From a virus (Duplodnaviria; Caudoviricetes): DNA of 64,000 bases. Shown here piece by piece: positions 36,849 to 46,014 of the stretch. Made by a program: the position numbers and the translations under genes. The stretch lies in IMG/VR virus record IMGVR_UViG_3300029319_000001; one strand, written 5' to 3'. Below the pieces are notes generated by a model. The model ran no database searches and was not told where the DNA came from. It worked only from the letters and a program-made list of their open reading frames with translations. Numbering within the stretch: the first letter of the stretch is position 1; every line of letters begins with the position of its first letter.

Positions 36849-37707
36849 ATTTGGTGGTGCTCAAATTCCTGTAGGAACTAACATACAAGCTAACAAAAAA
36901 GAAATTTTAAAAGCAATTGACTGGGCAAAAGAAAACAAAGTAGATCATCTTTTAACACCAGAAGCTGCTTTATCAGGATGGGATCGTGAGTGGATTACCC
37001 ATATAGATGAAATTAAAGATGGATTAAAAGAGATAGAAGATGCTCAAAAAGCAGCAGGAATATATTTACACTTAGGAACCAATTTTGTAGAACCAGAAGA
37101 GAAAGGTATAATCAATAGAAATGAAATCAGACATTATGATTCTGATGGTATACTAAGAGGTGCTACATACAAGACTCTTTGCGTTGATATGGAAACTGCT
37201 CTTGGCAGAGATCCAGAAGTAGATTCATTTACTATTATTGATCTTGTTAAAGATGATGAGAAACAATGTCTTGGTGCTGGATTGATATGTAATGATATGT
37301 GGGGATATGCAGAGGCATCTACTAAACCTATTACTACACTATACAAAGAACTAGGAATTCTTGATGTAATATTACATGCAACTAATGGTGGGAAAACCGA
37401 TCCAAGTAATCCATCATGGTTAGTATTTGAGAAATGGCATGATGCTTACCTTAGAATGGCAGCATGGAATTGTATGGTTCCTATATTTACTGTTGATGCT
37501 TGTACTGATTGGTTATGGGATGGAAATGAGGATGAAGTGGACAAATACACTACATCTAGTGAGAGTGGGTGGATTAATAGTCAGGGATGGCAGACTCAAG
37601 TGCCTAGAAGAGGTCGTCAATATTTTACATATGACTTTGAACCACCAGTGCGTACAAAACTATCTGATGTCTACAATGATATAGGTGGTAGGTTGTATCA
37701 GAAATGA
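36841..37707 (+). CDS. Carbon-nitrogen hydrolase (nitrilase superfamily)
   Basis: E-K-C triad: TPEAALSG, YKTL, LICNDMW. Confidence 0.78.
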   Translation: MIRFGGAQIPVGTNIQANKKEILKAIDWAKENKVDHLLTPEAALSGWDREWITHIDEIKDGLKEIEDAQKAAGIYLHLGTNFVEPEEKGIINRNEIRHYDSDGILRGATYKTLCVDMETALGRDPEVDSFTIIDLVKDDEKQCLGAGLICNDMWGYAEASTKPITTLYKELGILDVILHATNGGKTDPSNPSWLVFEKWHDAYLRMAAWNCMVPIFTVDACTDWLWDGNEDEVDKYTTSSESGWINSQGWQTQVPRRGRQYFTYDFEPPVRTKLSDVYNDIGGRLYQK

Positions 37708-37752
37708 CAAAGTAAAAATGCCTAAATAGAGAGGCTTAAAGCACTAATTCTA

Positions 37753-38247
37753 ATGAAAAGGTTTATCCCTTTAATAATGTTATTGATGAGTGCTCCGCTT
37801 GCAGCGAGAGCCGATATTACAACTCGATATGCATCCAGTGTGCAGTTGAGCGTAGGAGGAGCCCATACTTCGGCTGAGAGAATTGGGTCATCTTTCTCGA
37901 TTTCTGGTAGTGGTGTTGATACCACTGATGGTACTACTGCTAATACTATTTCTGCTGGAACTATAACATCAGGTGTATATGCTCCTGGTACAATTTCAGC
38001 AACTCAGGATGTTCCTGGTGCAACTTTCAGCTTTAGCCAAGCCTACACTCAAGCCGATGCAGTTCCTACAGGTGCTGTAACAGTTGGTGAGACTGCTAAT
38101 TTTGGTAATGTTGTCAGTACAGCAGGAGGAACAGTTGGTAATCTAGCTGGTACAACATCTAGTTCACATGCTTTTAGTAATGTGGCACCTGGTGGAGCTA
38201 ATACTTCAGCTACGACTCAGTTCGTAACAGAGGTCACCGTACGATAA
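37753..38247 (+). CDS. Secreted-type Ser/Thr/Gly-rich protein
   Basis: Signal peptide (LAARA), SSVQLSV, GQ-like/TQFVTE C-terminus. Confidence 0.65.
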   Translation: MKRFIPLIMLLMSAPLAARADITTRYASSVQLSVGGAHTSAERIGSSFSISGSGVDTTDGTTANTISAGTITSGVYAPGTISATQDVPGATFSFSQAYTQADAVPTGAVTVGETANFGNVVSTAGGTVGNLAGTTSSSHAFSNVAPGGANTSATTQFVTEVTVR

Positions 38248-38255
38248 AATAGGTC

Positions 38256-38723
38256 ATGAAAAGGCTTATAACTATATTAGTATTGTTAGGTAGTACTGGA
38301 ACTGCAAGAGCAGTGCCAGTGGTCCCCAATTTTCAGCAAGGCTCTATGACGAGCCATACCGAAACTGAATCTACAGTAACGGAAACCATAAATTCCATTG
38401 ATTATAGGACAGGATGGGAATACTCAGTGACTGGGGTAGGCATAGACAACAATGGTCAGCCATTAAACCCACCAACATCAACATCGACAGTAACGGTCAA
38501 CCCAACCGTAGGGTCAGGAGACGCAGCAGTAACAGGCAGCGTAACTTCTTCCTTCGACAGTTTAGACTTCTCTCAAACAAACAACTTCACCCTAACAACG
38601 CCAGGTGCAGCCTTCCAATTCACTCAGAGTTATCAAGGACCTGGTATGACGAATCAGACAATAATACAAAGAGTAACAACTATACAAAGCGTAACAGATA
38701 CAACAAGTACATTTACCCAGTGA
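38256..38723 (+). CDS. Secreted-type Thr-rich protein
   Basis: Signal peptide then VPVVPNFQQGSM.S.TET; GAAFQFTQSYQGPG. Confidence 0.65.
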   Translation: MKRLITILVLLGSTGTARAVPVVPNFQQGSMTSHTETESTVTETINSIDYRTGWEYSVTGVGIDNNGQPLNPPTSTSTVTVNPTVGSGDAAVTGSVTSSFDSLDFSQTNNFTLTTPGAAFQFTQSYQGPGMTNQTIIQRVTTIQSVTDTTSTFTQ

Positions 38724-39733
38724 TAGCAACGCTTTTGGGCGTTAACTATTTGTTACCAATGAAAGCCTTAGCTGAAGGTGTTGGTGGTGTTAGTGCTACT
38801 GCCAACCCTATTGCCAATTCTTCAGGCTCAGTGACCAACCAGGCAATACAAGTTTTACAAGGTCCATATGTAACTAACACCTACGGTAATGGTGTATCGT
38901 GTCAGAGTACGACTCTCAATATGACACCATACATGCAGTTTGCTGATAGCAGAAAGCATCCTTGGGAAGATTTTTATAACGAACCACAATATAATTTAAC
39001 AGATATATCTGGTAGAACAGTCACTCAAACAATAACAGTTCAAAATTATCCTTGGGAGACATGGTACGATAACCGCACTAAGGATGATGGTACTAGATGG
39101 TTTGCTGATGGTGCTGATATGCAAATAGAGGTTGAAGTACCTGCAGGAGACGGTGTACCTGATGCTGTAACTAATAATACTTTAGATCCAATATGGTATA
39201 AACCTATAAGGACTGATATGAGAGCAAACCAATCATTTAATATTGGTATATCTGCTACTCTATCAGTACCATTGAATAAGAAAATGAAGGAGTTATGTCA
39301 ACAGGCAGCTGAGCAACAAATAGCAATGCAAACTCAATTAGTTTCTAACAAAAGATTAGATTTCGAGATCGCAAGATTAAAAAACTGTGGTGAGCTAAAA
39401 AAATCTGGTATATTTTTCCACCCTGCATCGCCGTATCATAGTATTTGTGCTGATGTAGTTGTAACATCACCTGGTGGTCAGATAATACCACATCAACATG
39501 AAATACCACAACCTAAGTGGACACCACCTACTTCTTCTTCACCTTCAGAGGAGGTAACCCTTTCTTCTCCCGATAACGATCCCGAATCCTATCGGATCTC
39601 GAAGCCCGTTGAGGAGTCTTCCCAAGAATCGTCTGAACCTTCCCAAGAGCTTTCTTCACTACAGGTTTCACCACCCTCAGGAGCAAATCTGCTAGGGGTT
39701 TGGCAAATAGGGCAGACGCAGTTGCCACAGTAG
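38720..39733 (+). CDS. Secreted-type protein; likely GTG start near 38720
   Basis: SATANP..NSSGSVTNQAIQV, RLDFE.ARLKNCG. Confidence 0.6.
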   Translation: MIATLLGVNYLLPMKALAEGVGGVSATANPIANSSGSVTNQAIQVLQGPYVTNTYGNGVSCQSTTLNMTPYMQFADSRKHPWEDFYNEPQYNLTDISGRTVTQTITVQNYPWETWYDNRTKDDGTRWFADGADMQIEVEVPAGDGVPDAVTNNTLDPIWYKPIRTDMRANQSFNIGISATLSVPLNKKMKELCQQAAEQQIAMQTQLVSNKRLDFEIARLKNCGELKKSGIFFHPASPYHSICADVVVTSPGGQIIPHQHEIPQPKWTPPTSSSPSEEVTLSSPDNDPESYRISKPVEESSQESSEPSQELSSLQVSPPSGANLLGVWQIGQTQLPQ

Positions 39734-40400
39734 CTATAGCTGCGGTAGTTGATACTACAGATACTGACGGTACATACTGTTGCAATGTTGGAACATCTTC
39801 CCACAATGTCTCACAGATTAACCCATCAGGTGTTAATTTATGACCAGTTACTCTCTCTGTACCCTCTTGATTTAGGTCTCCAACTCGTCTTCCATTGATA
39901 GGAGGACATTCTACTTCTTTATCAGTTGGAGGTGTTACAGGCGGTTGTGGAGTGTCTATATCAGGTGGAGGTGGATCTCCAGTATCTACACCTTCAGCTT
40001 CAGGTTCTTCAGTGGTTATAGTTTGCCAAGTTAAATCTCTAGCATCATAATCAGGTGGGTCATAGTATGGCATACCACCATCACATAATACTACATTTCC
40101 TTTAGGATCGTTATCCACTAACATTTTGTTTTTGTTTTGTGGATTTTTTGCGTTTTCTTTATGGACTTTTACGCAACCAGGCATATCAACAATAGGAGTT
40201 CCTATTGTTTCAGTAACAGGAATTGTTATTGGTATAGATTGTGGTGGTGTAATTAACCACACTCTATTATCTTGTACATAATTATTACCAATACCTCTTA
40301 CACCAGAATTAGGAATCAATCGAATCTCAGTTCCATTAATCTGGATATTAGGTATATTAACACCTTCAGTTTCTATATTTGGTATTTCAAATGGTTCCAT
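39528..40400 (-). CDS. Pro-rich hypothetical protein with a C-terminal hydrophobic helix
   Basis: PGCVKVH, CPP, TTAAIATVATASALFAKPL. Confidence 0.6.
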   Translation of the reverse strand: MEPFEIPNIETEGVNIPNIQINGTEIRLIPNSGVRGIGNNYVQDNRVWLITPPQSIPITIPVTETIGTPIVDMPGCVKVHKENAKNPQNKNKMLVDNDPKGNVVLCDGGMPYYDPPDYDARDLTWQTITTEEPEAEGVDTGDPPPPDIDTPQPPVTPPTDKEVECPPINGRRVGDLNQEGTERVTGHKLTPDGLICETLWEDVPTLQQYVPSVSVVSTTAAIATVATASALFAKPLADLLLRVVKPVVKKALGKVQTILGKTPQRASRSDRIRDRYREKKGLPPLKVKKK

Positions 40401-40413
40401 AATAATGATTTAT

Positions 40414-40671
40414 TCATTGAGTTGGAATTTGATTTTTGTAGTCTACAGGTGGTTTCAATCCTTTGACAGGACCAGATGACTTCGGCCAATTATCTACCAG
40501 TTGTTTATAAATTTCTTCTCTAACAACTTTTCTAATCTCTTCTAATTGTGCCTCTTGTCTCTTAGCAGGTCCATTATTCATATTGTCAATAACTTGACCA
40601 CCACCAACAACTGCACCAGTTCCTACAACTGCTGCTGCTGTTACTCCTGTAGTTACTTTTTGAAAATCCAT
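40414..40671 (-). CDS. Small protein with a Gly/Ala/Val N-terminal helix
   Basis: ORF track; TATTTAT late-like motifs upstream on minus strand. Confidence 0.5.
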   Translation of the reverse strand: MDFQKVTTGVTAAAVVGTGAVVGGGQVIDNMNNGPAKRQEAQLEEIRKVVREEIYKQLVDNWPKSSGPVKGLKPPVDYKNQIPTQ

Positions 40672-40741
40672 TTATTTATCATGCTTGATGTATTTATCCT
40701 TGGCTAAATAACTGAAGCAAGTACTTTCTTGAACTTTAGAG

Positions 40742-43700
40742 ATGCCACTTAATAAGCTAGAGAACTTTATAAAGAATACTGAGGGTAAGATTCTCTATGT
40801 TAATCCAAATGATTTGGATGCTACAGACAGTATAACCAATCAAGGTAATTCCTTGACGAAACCTTTTAGGACTATTCAAAGGGCATTACTAGAGTCTGCT
40901 CGATTTTCATATCAAACTGGATTCGATAACGATATAAACGATAAGACAACTATATTACTATTTCCTGGTGATCATTTTATAGACAACAGACCAGGATTTG
41001 CTATTAAAAAAGATCCTAGTGACCCCTCAAGAGCAGTTGGTGTCTCTCCTCTAGGTGCTCAGACACTTGCTAGTGCTGAATTTAGTTTAAATTTATCAGC
41101 AGAATTTGATCTTACTGTAGAAAATAATATACTTTATAGATTTAACTCAGTATATGGTGGATGTATAGTTCCTCGTGGTACTTCTATTGTTGGTCTTGAT
41201 TTAAGAAAAACTAAAATATATCCTCTGTATGTACCTAACCCTACAGATGATGATGTTCCTACTGCATCATTATTCAGAATAACTGGTGCTTGTTATTTCT
41301 GGCAGTTCTCAATATTTGACGGAAAAGGTGATCGTTTGGTATATACTGATCACCAACAGTTCAATGAAGATAATAGATCATTCCCAATATTTTCTCATCA
41401 TAAATTAACATGCTTTGAGTATGCTGATGGTGTTAATGATGTTAAGGGATATGATAGGACAGACCTTAGCATGTATTATTACAAGTTAAGTTATGCTTAT
41501 CAAGAACCAACAGGTCGTGCTGTTACATATGAATGGCCAGAGAATGAAGGAGATTTTGATACAGTCAGACCAGAGTATGAAATTGTTGGTGCGTTAGGAA
41601 ACGATCCAATACAAATTGCAAGTATTATATCAGGTGATGGTAGCACTGCTACATCACAAGTAACAGTAACAACACAACAACCACATAGATTGAGTGAAGG
41701 GACTCCTATAAAAATTAGTGGTGTTAATGTATCACAGTATAATATTTCTACTATTGTACAATCTATAGTAGATCCTACTACATTCACATATACTCTATCA
41801 ACATTCCCTAATAATTTACCAGCAACACCATCAAATATTGCTAATGCGGTAGCAACTATCGAAGCTGATACGGTAACAGGTGCATCACCATATATCTTTA
41901 ACCTCTCACTAAGATCAGTGTATGGTATGCAAGGTATGATAACTGATGGTGCAAAGGCAACTGGATTTAGATCAATGGTTGTTGCTCAGTTCACTGGTAT
42001 ATCACTACAAAAAGATGACAGAGCATTTGTAAAATATAATAGAGAGTCTAGATTATATGAAGGAATAGCATATCAGAAGGTAATTGGTGCTGATTTGAGT
42101 GCTCAATCATCATCAACTAATGCAGCAACTGTTTATCACTTAGATAGTGGAGCAATATATCGTAAAGGATGGGAGCAAGCTCATGTTACTATTAAAAACA
42201 ATGCTGTTGTACAGATAGTTTCTGTGTTTGCTATTGGTTACAATGCTCATTTCTTAGGACAAAGTGGTGCTGACGCATCTATTACTAACTCTAACTCCAA
42301 CTTTGGACAGTTTGCTTTAATTGGTGAAGGATTTAGACCTGATGCATTCCCAAGGGATGACCAAGGATATGTTACACATATTACCACACCACAGACTGTA
42401 GATACATCTGAGGCAAAAACTGATAGTGTTAGTTTCTATCAGTTAGATGTCGATAAGACTAAACAAGTAGGATTATCAAGTCATTTGTACATCTTCTCCT
42501 TTGATAAGGAAGATGATCCCCCTTTAAGTTTATCTCAAGGATATAGAGTTGGTGCTAGACATGATGAAAAAATACATGTAGCCATAGGAGCAACAGATTA
42601 TACTGCTAATGTCTTGATGCTTGAGAACAAGATAGAGACATCTGGTATTAATACTGCTGCAGTTGGTAATCAATCTGGTGCTAAAAAAACTGCTGCAGGT
42701 GTACCTAATACATTCTTTGAGTTAACAGTTGATACTATTGGTCTAATCACTGGTGAAAAGATAAGAATTTTCAGTGATGATGGTGATCTACCTGAAAATA
42801 TTGAATTCAATAAGATATATTATGCTATTGTAGTATCTCCTACTAGTATTAAGATTGCATCTACATTCTCAAATGCTATTAATGATGTTCCCATTGAAAT
42901 ATATGGTGGTAGTTCATTAAGAATCGAGAGTAGAGTATCTGATAAAGAGAGTAATGATCTTGGACATCCAATACAATGGGATTCTTCTCAAAGTAGATGG
43001 TTTATTCATGTTGATACTGATAACGAAATCTATCCACAGATCAGAAATAATTTCAATTTAATAGGTGTTACTGGTACAAACATAGCACAGATTAAAAGAT
43101 TTGAGGATAAAAGATCTATTGAAGATAAACTTTATAAGATTCGTTATGTTATACCAAAAGAAGCAACTAACTCTAGAGATCCAGTTGACGGATTTGTATT
43201 CCAAAGTTCTTCTTTAGTAGGATATGCAAAAACTTCTGATGCTGCTGCCACTACTATAACTCTCAATGATAATAATTATGGAAGAAATCAGAATTTCATT
43301 GCATTTGTTAGTGAGACATCTAGTGTAGTAACTGTTAGAACTGAGAAACCTCACAATGTAGAGGTTGGTGACATTGTTAAAGTTGTAGATGTTCAGGATT
43401 CTAACAATCCTAGTGGTACTGATGGTATAGGATATAATGGATTGTTCACAGTAACTGCTCTTATTGATGCTTATCAGTTTGCACATAGCACCACTGATAT
43501 TAATGGTGTTGAGAGAAATACAGGTAACTTTGTAGATACCACTAACAGTAGAAATCTATTCCAACCAAGATTTTCTATTAGTGATAACAAGAAGAACTTT
43601 ACTGTTTATCGTGTCAATACTGTAGAACCTTATGTTTCTGGAGCAAATGATGGTGTATACATCTTAGATGTATTGAGTTGTGACTATGCTCCACCTCAAG

Positions 43701-45988
43701 AATTTGATTATAAAAATTATAGACAAAATGTTACTTATCTGTATCCACAACAAGATAGAGATAATATTGTAGAAAATTCTCCTGCTGCTGTATCATTTGC
43801 TCGTAGAGAACCAGTAGGAAAAGTTGATATCAATGACCAACAGAATTCTCTAACAAGAGAAACTCTTGATAAGTTTAATAAGACATTTAATATCGGTTAT
43901 GGTATTTCATCTGTTACTCCTGTATCTGCTGGTGTATGTACTATTACATTTGATAATCAACATAACTTCAATGGACTTATCACTCATGAAAATCTCGTAA
44001 CTGGTGTAGGATATGCTGTAACAACAGAATATAATACTAGATTACTAGATGGTGGTAATTGGAATGGTGCGACTGCAACTGTAACAGTTGGTCTTGGATC
44101 TACTTCAATTACTGGATTTGAAGTATTTGCACCTGGTTCTGGATACCAAGGTGGAGAGACATTGACTCTTGAAGGATTTGCTAGTGCAAGTATTGGAGTT
44201 CCTACATCTGGTATTTCAAATGCTGTTGGCGATGTTGTTTCTATTACTGGAATTGGAATTACATCTGATGGATTATACAGAATAACATCTATACCTAATA
44301 AGACTAGTGTTGCTATAGCTATTACTGCTGGTGATCCTCTTATTATTCAAGGACAGTATTTGTATAGAAACTCTCCTGCTGTTTCTATAGCTTCCACTCA
44401 TTTTGATATTACTACTGGTATTACAACCATAACTACATCCACACCTCATGGACTGAGAAAAGGATCTAAGTTTAGAGTCGTAGATACTAATAGTAATAAT
44501 GTAGGTGAGTTTTTGGTATCTACTATAGCTGGAATTACTACATTTACTACAACAACTGTTAATGATATTAATTATGCTGCTGGACATAAAATATATCAAC
44601 AGACATATGCTGCAAATAACCAGACTGTATCGATTGAAGAAACCATAGGTTCAAGATATCAAAACTTATACGCTGGTGAGACTGCAACATTAAAAGATGC
44701 AATTACTAACCTCTCTACTGCTATTAAAATACAAGTTCCTAACTCAGGTATTGGTACTGATCTAAGATTTAAATTAGGTGAGTATATTGAAATAGACAAA
44801 GAGATAGTAAGAGTAGCAGAACAAGGACTAGTAGGTGCAGGTAATGATTCTCTTAATGTTATTAGAGGTGTTCTTGGTACATTACCAGCAGATCATGTCA
44901 GTGGATCATTAATTAAAAAAGTAAATGCTCTGGCTCTTGAGTTACGAAGACCATCTATACTTCGTGCATCAGGTCACACATTTGAATATCTTGGTTATGG
45001 TCCAGGTAACTACTCAACTGGTTTACCTCAGGTACAAAACAGAACTCTAACAGATGATGAAGAGTACCTAGCACAGTCACAAGAAAGAGCTGCTGGTGTA
45101 GTGGTTTACACTGGTTTGAATAATGAGGGTGATTTCTATATTGGAAATAAGAGAATATCTTCTTCTAGTGGTAAAGAAACATCATTCAATATTCCTATTC
45201 CTAGTGTTACTGGTGAAGCAGTATCAAGTAACTCTGTAGTATTTGATGAAGTTATTGTTCGTCAAAGAATTATCGTTGAGGGTGGTCCTCAACAAAATAT
45301 ATTATCTCAGTTTGATGGTCCTGTATCATTCTCTAATGATGTTAGTTTCACTGATGATATGGTCACAAGTGGAACTGTAGAACTTGGTGGAAGTATTAAC
45401 ATTATAGGTACATTCCCCACTGGTGCTAAGTTGAATTGTATTATTGCTGGTGTTGGTACTAATAAAGCTGAAATTACCACTGATCCTGCATGTGGATCTG
45501 ATCTTGTACTTAATGCTGCACCAGGTTTTGCTGTTGCGATTGCAACTGATACAAGATATACTGCTGATGTAGTATTTGATAATAAAGTTAATTTCAATGG
45601 ATTTACATCATTCTCACAAAATGTATATTCATCTGCAGGGTTTGTAACATTTGCAGGTGGTCCTTTACATGTGACTGATGATATCGTTGCATTCTATGGT
45701 CAATCATCTGATGCTACATTGAAAGATAATATTTCTACCTTAGATAACCCACTTGCTAAGGTAATGCAAATTCGTGGTACTGAATTTGATTGGAAGGATG
45801 GTAATCCTAATTACACAGGACATGACATTGGAGTTATTGCTCAGGATGTTGAGTCTGTACTTCCTGATGCAGTATCTACTAAACCAGATGGAACTAAAGG
45901 TGTTCATTATAACAAATTAATTCCTCTACTCATTGAAGCAGTCAAGGATCTCTCTAAACAGGTGGATGATCTGAGCTCAGATAAATAA
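40742..45988 (+). CDS. Large virion/tail-fibre protein with C-terminal peptidase S74 intramolecular chaperone
   Basis: ILYVNP.D..A.D...N.G.S..KPF.TIQRA N-terminus; SD..LKDNI...IRG..FDWK, IGVIAQDVE.VLP.AV, V.Y..LIPLLIEAVK.L. Confidence 0.85.
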   Translation: MPLNKLENFIKNTEGKILYVNPNDLDATDSITNQGNSLTKPFRTIQRALLESARFSYQTGFDNDINDKTTILLFPGDHFIDNRPGFAIKKDPSDPSRAVGVSPLGAQTLASAEFSLNLSAEFDLTVENNILYRFNSVYGGCIVPRGTSIVGLDLRKTKIYPLYVPNPTDDDVPTASLFRITGACYFWQFSIFDGKGDRLVYTDHQQFNEDNRSFPIFSHHKLTCFEYADGVNDVKGYDRTDLSMYYYKLSYAYQEPTGRAVTYEWPENEGDFDTVRPEYEIVGALGNDPIQIASIISGDGSTATSQVTVTTQQPHRLSEGTPIKISGVNVSQYNISTIVQSIVDPTTFTYTLSTFPNNLPATPSNIANAVATIEADTVTGASPYIFNLSLRSVYGMQGMITDGAKATGFRSMVVAQFTGISLQKDDRAFVKYNRESRLYEGIAYQKVIGADLSAQSSSTNAATVYHLDSGAIYRKGWEQAHVTIKNNAVVQIVSVFAIGYNAHFLGQSGADASITNSNSNFGQFALIGEGFRPDAFPRDDQGYVTHITTPQTVDTSEAKTDSVSFYQLDVDKTKQVGLSSHLYIFSFDKEDDPPLSLSQGYRVGARHDEKIHVAIGATDYTANVLMLENKIETSGINTAAVGNQSGAKKTAAGVPNTFFELTVDTIGLITGEKIRIFSDDGDLPENIEFNKIYYAIVVSPTSIKIASTFSNAINDVPIEIYGGSSLRIESRVSDKESNDLGHPIQWDSSQSRWFIHVDTDNEIYPQIRNNFNLIGVTGTNIAQIKRFEDKRSIEDKLYKIRYVIPKEATNSRDPVDGFVFQSSSLVGYAKTSDAAATTITLNDNNYGRNQNFIAFVSETSSVVTVRTEKPHNVEVGDIVKVVDVQDSNNPSGTDGIGYNGLFTVTALIDAYQFAHSTTDINGVERNTGNFVDTTNSRNLFQPRFSISDNKKNFTVYRVNTVEPYVSGANDGVYILDVLSCDYAPPQEFDYKNYRQNVTYLYPQQDRDNIVENSPAAVSFARREPVGKVDINDQQNSLTRETLDKFNKTFNIGYGISSVTPVSAGVCTITFDNQHNFNGLITHENLVTGVGYAVTTEYNTRLLDGGNWNGATATVTVGLGSTSITGFEVFAPGSGYQGGETLTLEGFASASIGVPTSGISNAVGDVVSITGIGITSDGLYRITSIPNKTSVAIAITAGDPLIIQGQYLYRNSPAVSIASTHFDITTGITTITTSTPHGLRKGSKFRVVDTNSNNVGEFLVSTIAGITTFTTTTVNDINYAAGHKIYQQTYAANNQTVSIEETIGSRYQNLYAGETATLKDAITNLSTAIKIQVPNSGIGTDLRFKLGEYIEIDKEIVRVAEQGLVGAGNDSLNVIRGVLGTLPADHVSGSLIKKVNALALELRRPSILRASGHTFEYLGYGPGNYSTGLPQVQNRTLTDDEEYLAQSQERAAGVVVYTGLNNEGDFYIGNKRISSSSGKETSFNIPIPSVTGEAVSSNSVVFDEVIVRQRIIVEGGPQQNILSQFDGPVSFSNDVSFTDDMVTSGTVELGGSINIIGTFPTGAKLNCIIAGVGTNKAEITTDPACGSDLVLNAAPGFAVAIATDTRYTADVVFDNKVNFNGFTSFSQNVYSSAGFVTFAGGPLHVTDDIVAFYGQSSDATLKDNISTLDNPLAKVMQIRGTEFDWKDGNPNYTGHDIGVIAQDVESVLPDAVSTKPDGTKGVHYNKLIPLLIEAVKDLSKQVDDLSSDK

Positions 45989-46014
45989 TAAAAAGGTCTC
46001 CTTAGCATAAGATA

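Noticed and set aside
38414-38719. N-terminal extension of the third secreted protein
   Set aside because: Off-frame shadow of the Thr-rich upstream gene; signal-like sequence begins near 38720
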